Below are positions 52,900 through 64,000 of a stretch of 64,000 nt of DNA, piece by piece. The position numbers and the translations under genes were made by a program. The stretch is from the human T2T-CHM13v2.0 reference genome, Homo sapiens. The DNA is taken from assembly GCF_009914755.1 (NCBI RefSeq), contig NC_060927.1. One strand, given 5' to 3'. Below the pieces are notes generated by a model. The model had not been told where the DNA came from and made no database searches. It saw only the letters and a program-made list of their open reading frames with translations. Within the stretch, counting starts at the first letter, position 1. Each line of letters opens with the position of its first letter.

Positions 52900-55800
52900 T
52901 ACCAGAGTGGTAAATGATGCATTGGGGAAAGGGAAATGATCAGACATTTTGGGGACTATTGGACACTGGCTCTGAGCTGACATTGATTCCAGGGGACACA
53001 AAACGTCATTATGGTCCTCCAGTTAAAGTAAGAGCTTATGGAGTTCAGGTATTTAATGGAGTTTTGGCTCAAGTCTGACTTACAGTGGGTCCCCAGACTC
53101 ATCCTGTGGTCATTTCCCCAGTGCCAGAATGCATAATTGGCATAGACATACTAAGCAGCTGGCAGAACCCCCACATTGGCTCCCTGACTGGTAGAGTGAG
53201 GGCTATTCTGGTGGGAAAGCCCAAAGGGAAGCCGTTAGAGCTGCCTATACCTAGAAAAATGGTAGATCAAAAACAACATTGCATCCCTGGAGGGACTGTG
53301 ATTAGTACCACCAGCAAGGACTTGAAAGATGCAAGGGTAGTGGTTTCCACCACATCCCTGTTCAACTCTCCCATTTGTCCTGTGCACAAGACAGATGGAT
53401 CTTGGAGAATGACAGGGGATTATCATAAGCTTAACCAAGTGGTGACTCCAATTGCAGCTGCTGTACCAGATGTGGCTTTATTGCTTGAGAAAATTAACAC
53501 ACCTCCTGGTATCTGGTATGCAGCCATTGACTTGGCAAATGCCTTTTTCTCCATTCCTGTCCATAAGGCCAACGAGAAGCAATTTGTCTTCAGCTGGCAA
53601 GGCCAGCAATATACCTTTACTCTCCTACCTCAGGGGTATATCAACTCTCCAGCTTTGTGTCATAATCTTATTCGGAGAGACCTTGATTGCAAGATATCAC
53701 ACTGGTCCATTACATTAATGACATTAGGCTGATTGGATCCAGTGAGCAACAAGTAGCAAATACACTGGACTTATTTGTGAGATGTATGCATGCCACATGA
53801 TGGGAAATCTGACTAAAATTCAGGGAACTTCTACCTCAGTAAAATTTCTAGGGGTCCAGTGGTGTGGGGTCTGTTGAGATATTCCTTCTAAGGTAAAGGA
53901 TAAGTTGCTGCATTTGGCCCCTCCTACAACCAAGAAAGAGGCATAATGCCTAGTGGGCCTACTTGGATTTTGGAGGCAACACATTCCTCATTTGGGTGTG
54001 TCACTATGGCCCATTTATTGAGTGACCTGAAAGGCTGCCAGTTCTGAGTGAAGTCCAGAAGAGGAGAAGGATCTGCAACAGGTCCAGGCTGCTGGCAAGC
54101 TACTCTACAATTTGGGCCATATGACCCAGCAGATCCAATGGCACTTGAGGTGTCAGTGGCAGATAGGGTTGCTGTTTGGAGCCTTTGGCAGGCTCCCATA
54201 GGTGAATCACAGTTAGAGGCCTCTAGGATTTTGAAGCAAGGCCCTGCCATCTTTTGCAGATAACTATTATCCTTTTGAGAGACAGCTCTCAGCCTGTTAC
54301 TGGGCTTTGGTGGAAACTGAACATTTGACTATGGGTCATCAAGTCACCACGTGATCTAAACTGCCTATCATGAACTGGGTGCTTTCTGACACATCTAGCC
54401 ATAAAGTGGGTCATGCACAGCAGCATTCCATCATGAAATGGAGGTGGTATATATGTGATTGGACTCGTACAGGTCCTGAAGGCACAAGTATGTTACATGA
54501 GGAAGTAGCTTAAATGCTCATGGTCTCCACTCCTGTCACCCTGCCCTCTCTCCCCCAGCCTGCACTGCTGGCCTCATGGGGAGTTCCCTATGAACAGTTG
54601 ACAGAGGAAGAGAAGACTAGGGACTGTTTCACAGACGGTTCTGCACAATATGCAGACACTACCCAAAAGTGGACAGCTGCAGCATTACAGCCCCTTTCTA
54701 GGACATTCCTGAAGTGTTGTGGGAAGTCAGGGACCCTGAATGGAGGGACCTGCTAAGGCCATGGCAGAAGAACATAAATTGTGAAGATTTCATGGACATT
54801 TATCACTTCTTCAATCAATACTCTTATAATTTCCTATGCTTGTCTTTAATCTCTTAATCCCATCATCTTCGTAAGCTGAGGATGTATGTCATCTCAGGAC
54901 CCTGTGATGATTGTGTTAACTGTACAAATTGTTCATAAAGCATGTGTGTTTGAACAATATGAAATCTGGGCACCTTAAGAATAGGATAACAGCAATTTTC
55001 AGGGATCAAGGGAGATAAAGTCTGGCTGCCTGTGGGCCAGGCAGAACAGAGCCATATTTCTATTATTACTGAAAAAGGTTAAGAGAAATATAGCTGAATT
55101 CTTTCCCCAGTAAGGAATATTAATAATTAACAGCCCTGGGAAAAGAATGCATTCCCAGGGGGAGGCCTCTAAAATGGCCGCTCTGGGGGTGTCTGCCTTA
55201 TGCAGTTGTAGATAAGGGATGAAACACGCCCTGGCCTCCTATGGCACCCCCAGGCTTGCTAGGATTAGGAAATTCCAGCCTGGCGAATTCTAGTCAGATT
55301 GGTTCTTTGCTCTTGAACCCTGTTAAGATGTTTATCAATGACAATGTGTGCACAGCGGGACATGGAAGTTCATTAATGATTCTAGTTTCTCCCTGAACTT
55401 GTGATCTTGCCCTGACCTTCTGCGTTGTGATCTTTTGTTGCCCTTGAAGCATGTGATCTCTGTGACCCACCCCCTATTCATACACTCCCTCCCCTTTGAA
55501 AATTGCTAATAAAAACTTGCTGGTTTTGCGGCTCAGGGAGCATCACGGAACCTGCCAACATGTGATGTCTCCCCCGGACACCCAGCTTTAAAATTTCTCT
55601 CTTTTGTACTCTTTCCCTTTATTTCTCAGACCAGCTGGCACTTAGGGAAAATAGAAAAGAACTTACTTGAAGTTATGTTAAATTATCGGGGGTGGTTCCC
55701 CCAATACTGAAGGACAGTGGTGAAAGGAAATCTTCCCAGTGATCAGAACTTCAAGCAGTGCATCTGGTTGTGCACTTTGCATGGAAGGGGAAATGGCCAG

Positions 55801-56760
55801 ATGTGTGATTATATACTGATTCATGGGCTGTAAACAATGGTTTGGCTGGATGGTCAGAGGCTTGGAAGAAGCATGATTGGAAAATTGTTGACAAAGAAAT
55901 TTGGGGAAGAGGTAGGTGGATGGACCTCTCTGAGTGGTCAAAAACTGTGAAGATATGTATCCCATGTGAGTGCTCACCAATGGGTGAGCTCAGCAGAGGA
56001 GGATTTTAATAATCAAGTGGATAGGATAACCCATTCTGTGGATGCCACTTAGCCTATTTACACAGCCACCCCTGTCATCGCCCAATGGGCCCATGAACGA
56101 AGTGGCCATGGTGGCAGGGATGAAGGTTATGCATTGGGCTCAGCAACATGGACCTGCACTCATCAAGGTTGACCTGGCTTTGGCCACTGCTGAGTGCCCA
56201 ATTTGCCAGCAGCAGAGACCAACACTGAGCCCTTGATATGGCACCATTCCTTGGGGTGATCAGCTAGCTACCTGGTGGCAAGTTGATTATATTGGACCTC
56301 TTTTATCATAGAAAGGGCAGAGGTTTGTCTTCACTAGAATAGACACTTACTCTGGATATGGGTTTGCCTATCCTGCATGGAATGCTTCTGCCAAGACTAC
56401 CATCCATGGTCTCATGGAATGCCTTATTCACCATCATGGTATTCCACAGCATTGCCTCTGACCAAGACACTCACTTTACAGCTAAAGAAGTGTGGCATTG
56501 GATTCATGCTCATGGAATTTACTGGTCTTACCATGTTCGCCATCGTCCTGAAGCAGCTGGATTGAGAGAATGGTGGAATGGCCTTTTGAAGTCAAAATTA
56601 CAATGCCACCTAGGTGACAGTACTTTGCAGGGCTAGGGCAAAGTTCTCTAGAAGGCCATGTATGCTCTGAATCAGCATCCAATATATGGTACTCTTTCTC
56701 CCATAGCCAGGATTCACCGGTCCAGGAATCAAGGGGTGAAAGTGGAAGTGGAAGTGGCAC
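52900..56760 (+). pseudogene. pol: HERV-L pro-pol (PR-RT-RNase H-IN), disrupted and split by MER11
   Basis: LLDTGSE 52956-52976; RT IDLANAFFSIP and LPQGYINSP; catalytic YIDD altered to YIND at 53711-53722; RNase H FTDGS 54628-54642; IN CPIC and WQVDYIGP 56276-56299. Confidence 0.93.
54715..55706 (+). mobile_element. MER11 solo LTR (HERV-K11/HML-8 type, class II ERV)
   Basis: TGTTGTGGGAAGTCAGGGACCC..ATCGGGGGTGGTTCCCCCAATA, 992 bp; perfect 6-bp TSD CTGAAG at 54709-54714 and 55707-55712. Confidence 0.93.
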
Positions 56761-57215
56761 CACTCACCATCACCCCTAATGATCCACTAGCAAAATTTTT
56801 GCTTCCTGTTCCCATGACATTACATTCTGCTGGCCTAGAGTTCCTAGTTCCAGAGAGAGGAATGCTGCCACCAGGAGACATAACAACAATTCCATTAAAC
56901 TGGAAGTTAAGATTGTCACCTGGACACTTTGGGCTCCTCCTACCTTTAAGTCAACAGGCTAAAAAGGGAGTTACATTGTTGGCTGGGGTGACTGACCTGG
57001 AATATCAAGATAAAATCACTCTACTACTCTACAACAGAAGTAAGGAAGAGTATTCATGGAATACAGGAGATCCATTAGGGTGTCTCTTAGTATTACCATG
57101 CCCTGTGAGTAAGGTCAGTGGGAAACTAAAACAACCCAATCCAGGCAGGACTACAAAAGACCCAGACCTTTCAGGAAAGAAGGTTTGGGTCACTCCACCA
57201 GGAATAAAACCATGA
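56658..57215 (+). pseudogene. dut: HERV-L integrase tail and dUTPase region (185-aa open stretch)
   Basis: SAGLEFLVP..IPLNWKLRLSPGHFGLL..GVTLLAGVTDLEYQDKI are degenerate dUTPase motifs; position after IN is typical of ERV-L. Confidence 0.8.
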
Positions 57216-57858
57216 TCTGCTGAGGTGTTTGCTGAAGGCAAAAGGAATACAAAATGGGTAATAGAAAAAGTAGACATCAATACCAGCTATGACCATGTGA
57301 CCAGCTACAGAAACAAGGACTGTAATTGTCATGTCCTCCTTCTTTTGTTAAAAAGATGTTTGTGTATGTATACACTTGTACTAGGAACATATCTTCATTT
57401 TATTTCCCTTGCCTTTATCATGTGACATAAGACTTATTGACCTCATATCAGCATTTAAGTATTATTGGCTTTATGTAATAGTATTTGGATTGGGGATTGG
57501 TGCATTTCCAGTTGTACAGAGGATAGTTGTATTATGTTAGGTGTAATTATGACTTTATTATTGTCTTTATTTGTAGATTATATATGATCTCAGGAGATGG
57601 GTATGGGTTCAAGTTGACAAGGGGTGGACTTGTGATGGTTAACACTGAGTGTCAACCTGATTGAAATGAAGGATGCAGTATTGAACCTGGGTATGTCTGT
57701 GAGGCTGTTGCCAAAGGAGATTAATATTTGAGTCAGTGGGCTGGAAAGGAAGATCCATCCTTAATCGGGTGGGCACCATCTAATGAGCTACCAGTGAGTA
57801 TAAAGCAGGCAGAAAAACGTGAAGCAATGAGACAGGTGTAGCTTCCCAGCCTACATCT

Positions 57859-57945
57859 CACATCACACAATATACCCATGTAACAAACTTGCACATGTAT
57901 ACCCTGAATCTAAAATAAAAGTTGAAATCATTAAATAAATATATA
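57859..57945 (+). mobile_element. Extreme 3' end of an old L1PA (L1PA15/16-like)
   Basis: CAATATACCCATGTAACAAACTTGCACATGTATACCCTGAATCTAAAATAAAAGTTGAAAT. Confidence 0.85.
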
Positions 57946-58569
57946 ACAACATAAAATAAGACAATAAAAAACTAAATAATCAACATTCCAGTGGCAAGTT
58001 AAACAAGAGATAGAACAAAATGGGGGAGAAACCTCATTTTTATCAGCAACAGAGTAAATATCTTTATTACAAGAATAGAGAAGAAATTAATCTGCAGAGG
58101 AGAGAATGATGCAAGTATGAGGAGAAAAGTAGGAGATTGTAAAATCTTAGATAATTTCATTGAGAAACTCCAGTTCCTGTGTGAGGCTATATTTAATATC
58201 TGCTTTAATATCTGCTATATTTCTTGTCATTTGATTCTGTACATTTCTTCTGTACTCTTTCAATAAAGTTCCTTCTAACTTAAACCAGCTTGAAATCACT
58301 TCAGTTCTTTGTAGCCACATGATGACTGGCCAAAATACCCAGGGATGGAATTTGGCAAGTAGTTTCATTTGGTCCCAGTATTGCACATTAAAGTGAACCC
58401 TCTAAGTATGAGAAATGTAACTATGCCAAATTTTATTGGTGTTTAGTGGGATATTATGTTTTCCAGCCTTGTCCTCCATATTTTAGCATGTTTATAGGAC
58501 CTTGGTTATTTTTGGCATTTACCCTATTTACCCCATTTACCCTACTACTGTCACCCACCCCTGCCATAT

Positions 58570-59040
58570 CTTTGCTGGTGATTCACCATCTTCATTTTGA
58601 TCCTTTAAGTCTGTGAAGGCTGAACTTCCAATTCAAAGACAAAGGTCATTGGGGATATTTATACCCCATGGAGATTGGTTGAGGGGAGAGCAGATGACCT
58701 AAGTCCATCCAATTAGAGTGAAAGTCAGAATGAAAGCGTAGGGAATGCTGGGATATAATTACTCATTTTCTGGCTAATAGAAGCGATTCAGCAGAGAATT
58801 AGCCCTGGTGTTGCCAAAAACTACTTTCTGCTCCTATCAAGGGAAAAGTGCGTCTAAGAAAGTAATCATTGTAGACAGAAGAAGAGGGAGGGAGGGAGAG
58901 AGAGAGAGAGAGACATTTTCTGAGCCCCTGCAGCCAGCTATGCCTGAAGCTATATCTTCTCCTGAATTATTCAATTATATAAGCCAAAAATGTTCCATAC
59001 GAGTCAACTTGGAGGAATTTTCACATTTTATTGTTAAGTG
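58570..59040 (+). mobile_element. Old MLT1 (J/K-like) LTR remnant
   Basis: GATTGGTT..ATGACCTAAGTC..CCAATTAGAG..GAGCCCCTGCAGCCAGCTATGCCTGAAGC. Confidence 0.55.
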
Positions 59041-59559
59041 AGAAAAAAAGTTAAATAGTATAGAATATTGCATATGTTATTATCTCATTATCATGACAAT
59101 ATCAATACCAATCAAACCATCTCTCTCTCTCATCTGTATAATCATGGAAAGTTATTCATCAAATTTTTAACATCTAGAGGTGTGTGATGCTGCAGGTGGA
59201 GTTGGAGAAAAATAGCAAAGGGGTGGAGGGTATAGTCATAATGAATCATTCTGTGATAATTAATTTATGCAAAATTATTTATAATTGAATGTAGAAATGA
59301 ATGGAGACACATGATAGTATGATCAATGAAATGTGATACTAGTTGTCTCAAGCCCATGGGATTTTAGCTGATTTTTTTAATACTTTAATGTATTTTTGGC
59401 ATTTTTTTAATGATTAGAAGATATTATGTTAAAAAGAAATATTGGCTATACATAGGAAAAGAGGCTATGCACTATTCTTCAATATTTCCAAATTTTAAAT
59501 TAAGTAATAATTAATGTTTCATTTTATTAATAGCTCTTTTGGCACCGAAGTTTAATGAT

Positions 59560-59760
59560 GCTTTAAAATTGTTCTTTACAAAATATATTTGTTAAACACT
59601 GAGTTAAACCAAGATGAATGCATTTCTTTACTGACTGCTTAAAAGAGTACATTGTAAATCTCCAAAAGGGAGAGTGAGTATTCAGCAGTTCCCAAATTTG
59701 CTGGACCATGGAATATTCCTTGTGACTAGTGTAACAAAGAATACATTTTGGGAAACAGAG
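59560..59760. mobile_element. Possible hAT-Charlie remnant (MER113-like)
   Basis: TTCCCAAATTTG..GACCATGGAA..ATACATTTTGGGAAAC terminal motif. Confidence 0.4.
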
Positions 59761-60102
59761 AAAACAACATAACAACAAAAAGAAATACTAAGGTTTTAAA
59801 GTCATGTATCCTGGAGTTACATCCAAGACAGATGATTTACTTGACTTGTGACATTGGACTGTTCACTTGCCTTCTCATGCCCCATCCTTAAATTGGGTAT
59901 GATAGGTCTTTCTTCCAGGGTCATGGTGAGGTAAACTGTAGTAAGTATAATGGAATACTAAAAATGAGCGCATGGATTTGTAGGTTCTCTATATGATATT
60001 TTCTTTTATGGTGTATTTTTGCAAACCTTAATAATGAAGACAATAATTTAAATGCATTTTTATTAATTTTTACAACCTTCCTTATAGTGGCTGCCATATA
60101 CC

Positions 60103-60174
60103 TTCTCTCTCTCTCTCTCACACACACACCCACACACACACACACACACACACATACACAGACACACACACACA
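60103..60174. repeat. Compound (CT)n(CA)n microsatellite
   Basis: Direct reading. Confidence 0.9.
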
Positions 60175-61359
60175 AATATATTCACATTTTTTTCTTCTCT
60201 TTTGAAAAACAATCGTATTTTTCATGTGGGGCATAAGGCATAATTTATTCTTATTGGGATTGAATAAACAAACTCTCTTAGAAAACACTCATCTTTCTGA
60301 GTTACTGGGGCAAAGGAAAGTGGCAAGAACAGTTGTTTGTTCCTATCTAATTTGGTCATATGAAACAGAAACTTACTGAAATTGCTTTAGGCTAGAAAAA
60401 GGCAGAGGGTGGTGGGGAATTGTTACAAGGCCTTAAGCCGTCCTATTAAGCAAAGCTAAGAGTGGAGGTTGGTCCCCTTGAGGACAGGAAAAGGAACAAG
60501 GCACCACAGAAACAAAGGCAGGCATTCTCTCTGATGCCCTGCACACCATCTCCCTTCTACTCCTCTTCCATCTTTTCTTTCTGAAGAGCCCTCTTGGCTT
60601 TTCTATGCACAAGACAGCAGATAGCTGGTTCACAGTGCCTGAGTCCGCATTTCTTTAATTCAAATGATCAAAAAAAAAAAAAAATGCTTAGCTCTGTCAG
60701 CCACATTTACAAATTCCCAAAAGAGTGTCTACTCCGATCGAGTCATCTCGAGGCAGGGATAGCAAACATAGGACATTAAGTTACTAATGATGCTCACCCA
60801 TGTGCCTGGGGTTGGCAAACTGCTCAGAGAAGTATGTTTGTGACCTGAGCAACCATCCCCAGGGCATCTTACAACTAGTTAATACTCTCCCCAATCTTGA
60901 CCTTTCTAATTCCTCTCTCCTTCATCTGGGCTGGGGATACAAGTTTGCGGGTCTCTTTGTACCCTTCTAAACCTATGAAGTCTTGCTAAAATGGGGCCAG
61001 AGCTGCAATACTGACCTGGGTCTTTCTCATCTAGATAACACTTGCCCAAGTGTCTATGCAAAATAGGGATAACTATTAACTTTTTGTGGTAATGGGAGAG
61101 GACCACTGACCAGCTAATAAAATAGGGAAATAATCTAAATCCATTTTCTTTTGGTTTTGAATACATTTCATAACTACTATTTTGGCAACAGTATTGACAA
61201 CCTATACCATTCAAATTAACTTGTATTTGCTAACTTCAAAGCAAGTACATGATACCACACATATTTATAGTAAAAGAAATACAGAGTAGTGATTTGTGAT
61301 AAGGAATATCTAAGGCAAAGTTTGAAAGAAATCATTGATAATACACATTTACTGAAATA

Positions 61360-61570
61360 AATATAGACTTATTGAATGCTTCATATGTGACAGGCATCTT
61401 TATAAAAATCTTATGAGAAAAAATACCAGTTGGATCCCCATTTGACAGATGATGAAACTGAAGCTAAAATGTTCAGTTAACTTGCCCAAGATTGCACATG
61501 TAGCTCTCGGTGGAGCTAAACCCAGGTTGGTTTAAGTCTAGGCCTGAGCCTTTACCTGGCTGCTGTACCT
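61360..61570 (-). mobile_element. MIR
   Basis: CCCCATTTGACAGATGATGAAACTGAAGCT..TAACTTGCCCAAG..CACATGTAG. Confidence 0.7.
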
Positions 61571-63024
61571 GCCTCCAAAACAGAAAGTTCATTTTCAGAT
61601 AATTGAAAGACATTTGGGAGTTAAAACACAGTCACCCAGGGCTCTACAAAATGAGAGAATATATTTGACCCCAAGTGAGACCATTCTCTGTACTAGTCAC
61701 ATATTTGTATGCTGCCCCTGCCCACTGTCTCCCATTGACCCAGCTTCTGCAGAGGCTAAGCTTTTGCAGCTCTGCATCTATAAGCTAAGCTCAGCACTGC
61801 AGTAAGTTGACAGTTCATTACCAAATGGGCTGGAAAAAAAAAAAAAGAAAACAGAAAACACCACGATTTGCACAAAGTAGCTTCAGACCTAGAGGATTCT
61901 AATACCAGATCAAGAAAGGAACAGTGCCCAACTTAACAGTCTTAACAGTTCTGTGGGTCGCAGGAAAGATGGCTTGGAAATAAAGCCGGATTTGTTGCAT
62001 GAAGTTAAAGTCTAATGAGGCGAAGCTCTGGGATATTATGGGCAGCATGCCTAAGAAGAAGTATTGTGTTTTTTTAGTGCTATCTTAAAGCAGTCACTCT
62101 GAACGTGAGTCACGTTAAGTCCTTTGTTTAATTTACATAATTTGTCTGTTACTCTAGTTCAGAGTGAATAACATAAAATGTTAATAAACCCTTTAAAACT
62201 TCAGAACTAGCAGTATATTCAAATAACACATTTTATAGCCAAAGGTATTTAGGAGACTAAATCACATGGATCATTATTTGTATTTAACTCTTTAACTGAC
62301 CTGCTAACAAATGTGGAAATTTAAATTCCATTTAGATAGATACTCAGTTATATATGTAAATAATTTTAATGCTCACTGTTTGATTTTTTTTTTTCGTTGA
62401 TGAAATTATTTCAGTGTTCTAACTTAAAGGGACTTTGGGACAGCTTACAATCATAAACTAAGTCATACTTATATTTTCCCCCTAAAAATTACACTGTTTA
62501 GGCCTAAAGCTAAAATTATACTATTTAAGCTTTGTCTTTTAATTGGGCACATATTAGATTTTGTTTAAGAGCTTATACTCAGATCTCCTGAAGTGCTAAA
62601 TAATGTATCAAATTGCCTACTGATTATCTGTGAGTAGATTATCTATTAAATAGAAACTCTACTAGTAATTTTGCCATAGAAGAGAGAGATTTTTCTTTCC
62701 TCTTCAGCTTCCTGAGCTGAGGAAGGCAAAGGATTACAGAATTAAGCAAGCACTTTATTTTCCTTAAGGAAACATCCATCTAAACATAAATTGTTTTTAT
62801 ATGATTTAGTATTTGAACAAGGTACCTGGAATTACCAATGTTTGATTGTATATTCAAAAGACAGCCAGAATTTTTTCTCTTTTTAGAAGCTCCTCCATCA
62901 GAGACCATTTGATGCAAAATTTTTTCCAGATAAAATTTTTCTTGAATTTATCATATTAATTAACTTGCCTCTTTTATTGATTCATAAAAGATGACTAGGG
63001 TATCATGTTATTTGTATGCACTTT

Positions 63025-63045
63025 CACACACACACACACACACAC
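63025..63045. repeat. (CA)n microsatellite
   Basis: Direct reading. Confidence 0.9.
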
Positions 63046-63629
63046 GGAGCTGCTATACAAAGAGGTGTTAGCTTTTAAAACCCTGAATTAGTTGAATAAT
63101 TGAAACTAAGATTCAAGGCTCCAGATTTACAGACTTCCTAAGAAATGTCATCCTACTCTTTCCTTATACGCTTTCAACTTAGCCATTCTGAAATGAGCAA
63201 TTCCAATTTAATTAGAAATTAGACTCTTTTTCTGGAAACTTGTGGAAAGTACTGATGAGACTACCTGAAAACTGTTCCATGACTGAGAGCAAAACTCGTG
63301 TCCCCATAAAATATGACTTTATTTTGACAATGCACCTCATGGAGGATCCAGAATCATTCTCAGTTGTAAATGCAGGATTCTGTCACTAAGGCCATCATGG
63401 CTGATAGAGCATTGCTATCTCTTTTCACACATGGCACTACCCTGAATGCTGGGGGAAATACAGGGTGACTTTTTATTTTCTTTCAGAAAACCTAAAGGCA
63501 AAGAAGGTTTCTTTCTGCACTTGTGTACTGAGGTTTCTTCAGCTGTGTCTGAACTCAGAAACTGCCACTTCATATTTTACCGTAAGTGAAACCTTCTGAG
63601 ACACATGTTGCTGCCTTTGGTGAAATTAT

Positions 63630-64000
63630 TTTCTTTTTTTAAAAATTTTAATTTAATTTTTTTATTATACTTTAAGTTCTAGGGTACATGTGCACAATGT
63701 GCAGGTTTGTTACATACGTATACGTGTGCCATGTTGGTGTGCTGCACCCATTAACTCATCATTTACATTAGGTATATCTCCTAATGCTGTCCCTCCCCCA
63801 TCCCCCAACCCCACAACAGGCCCCGGTGTGTGATGTTCCCCATCCTGTGTCCAGGTGTTCTCATTGTTCAACTCCCACCTATGAGTGAGAACATGTGGTG
63901 TTTGGTTTTCTGTCCTTGCAATAGTTTGCTAAGAATGATGGTTTCCAGCTTCATCCATGTCCCTACAAAGGACATGAACTCATCCTTTTTTATGGCTGCA
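63630..64000 (-). mobile_element. L1PA (PA4/5-like) 3' end, running off the window
   Basis: TTATTATACTTTAAGTTCTAGGGTACATGTGCAC..CCCACCTATGAGTGAGAACATG..CATCCATGTCCCTACAAAGGACATGAAC. Confidence 0.95.

Larger units (their letters stand above)
50361..57858 (+). mobile_element. HERV-L provirus (MLT2A LTRs), near full length, decayed
   Basis: 5' LTR 50361-51005, Leu PBS, gag, pro-pol, dUTPase, no env, PPT, truncated 3' LTR 57631-57858. Confidence 0.97.

Noticed and set aside
53085-53732. 215-aa RT-containing ORF as a functional reverse transcriptase
   Set aside because: It frameshifts before the catalytic motif, which is itself mutated (YIND), and stops follow downstream.

Overview
Primate (human/ape-like) nuclear DNA: AT-rich, CpG-depleted and dominated by interspersed repeats (Alu, L1, L2, MIR, hAT/Tigger DNA transposons, MaLR and ERVL/ERVK LTR elements). 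I recognise no host protein-coding gene, RNA gene, CRISPR array or prokaryotic feature; nearly all ORF-track entries are repeat-derived or chance ORFs. The largest elements are a decayed, near-full-length HERV-L provirus (50361-57858, +) carrying a MER11 solo LTR inside its RNase H region, and a complete THE1 element (22404-24628, -) inside a MER58. The most unusual structure is a microsatellite-bounded rearrangement at about 34190-35630: an interleaved inverted duplication (A-B-A'-B', pseudoknot topology) next to an MLT2/ERVL fragment whose LTR body is inverted relative to its own 3' terminus. Two other MLT2 LTRs are also rearranged at their (TA)n tract. I found no evidence for a novel coding system; the interesting signals are mutational and structural. 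Subfamily names come from recalled consensus sequences, not a database search, and boundaries of old elements are approximate.
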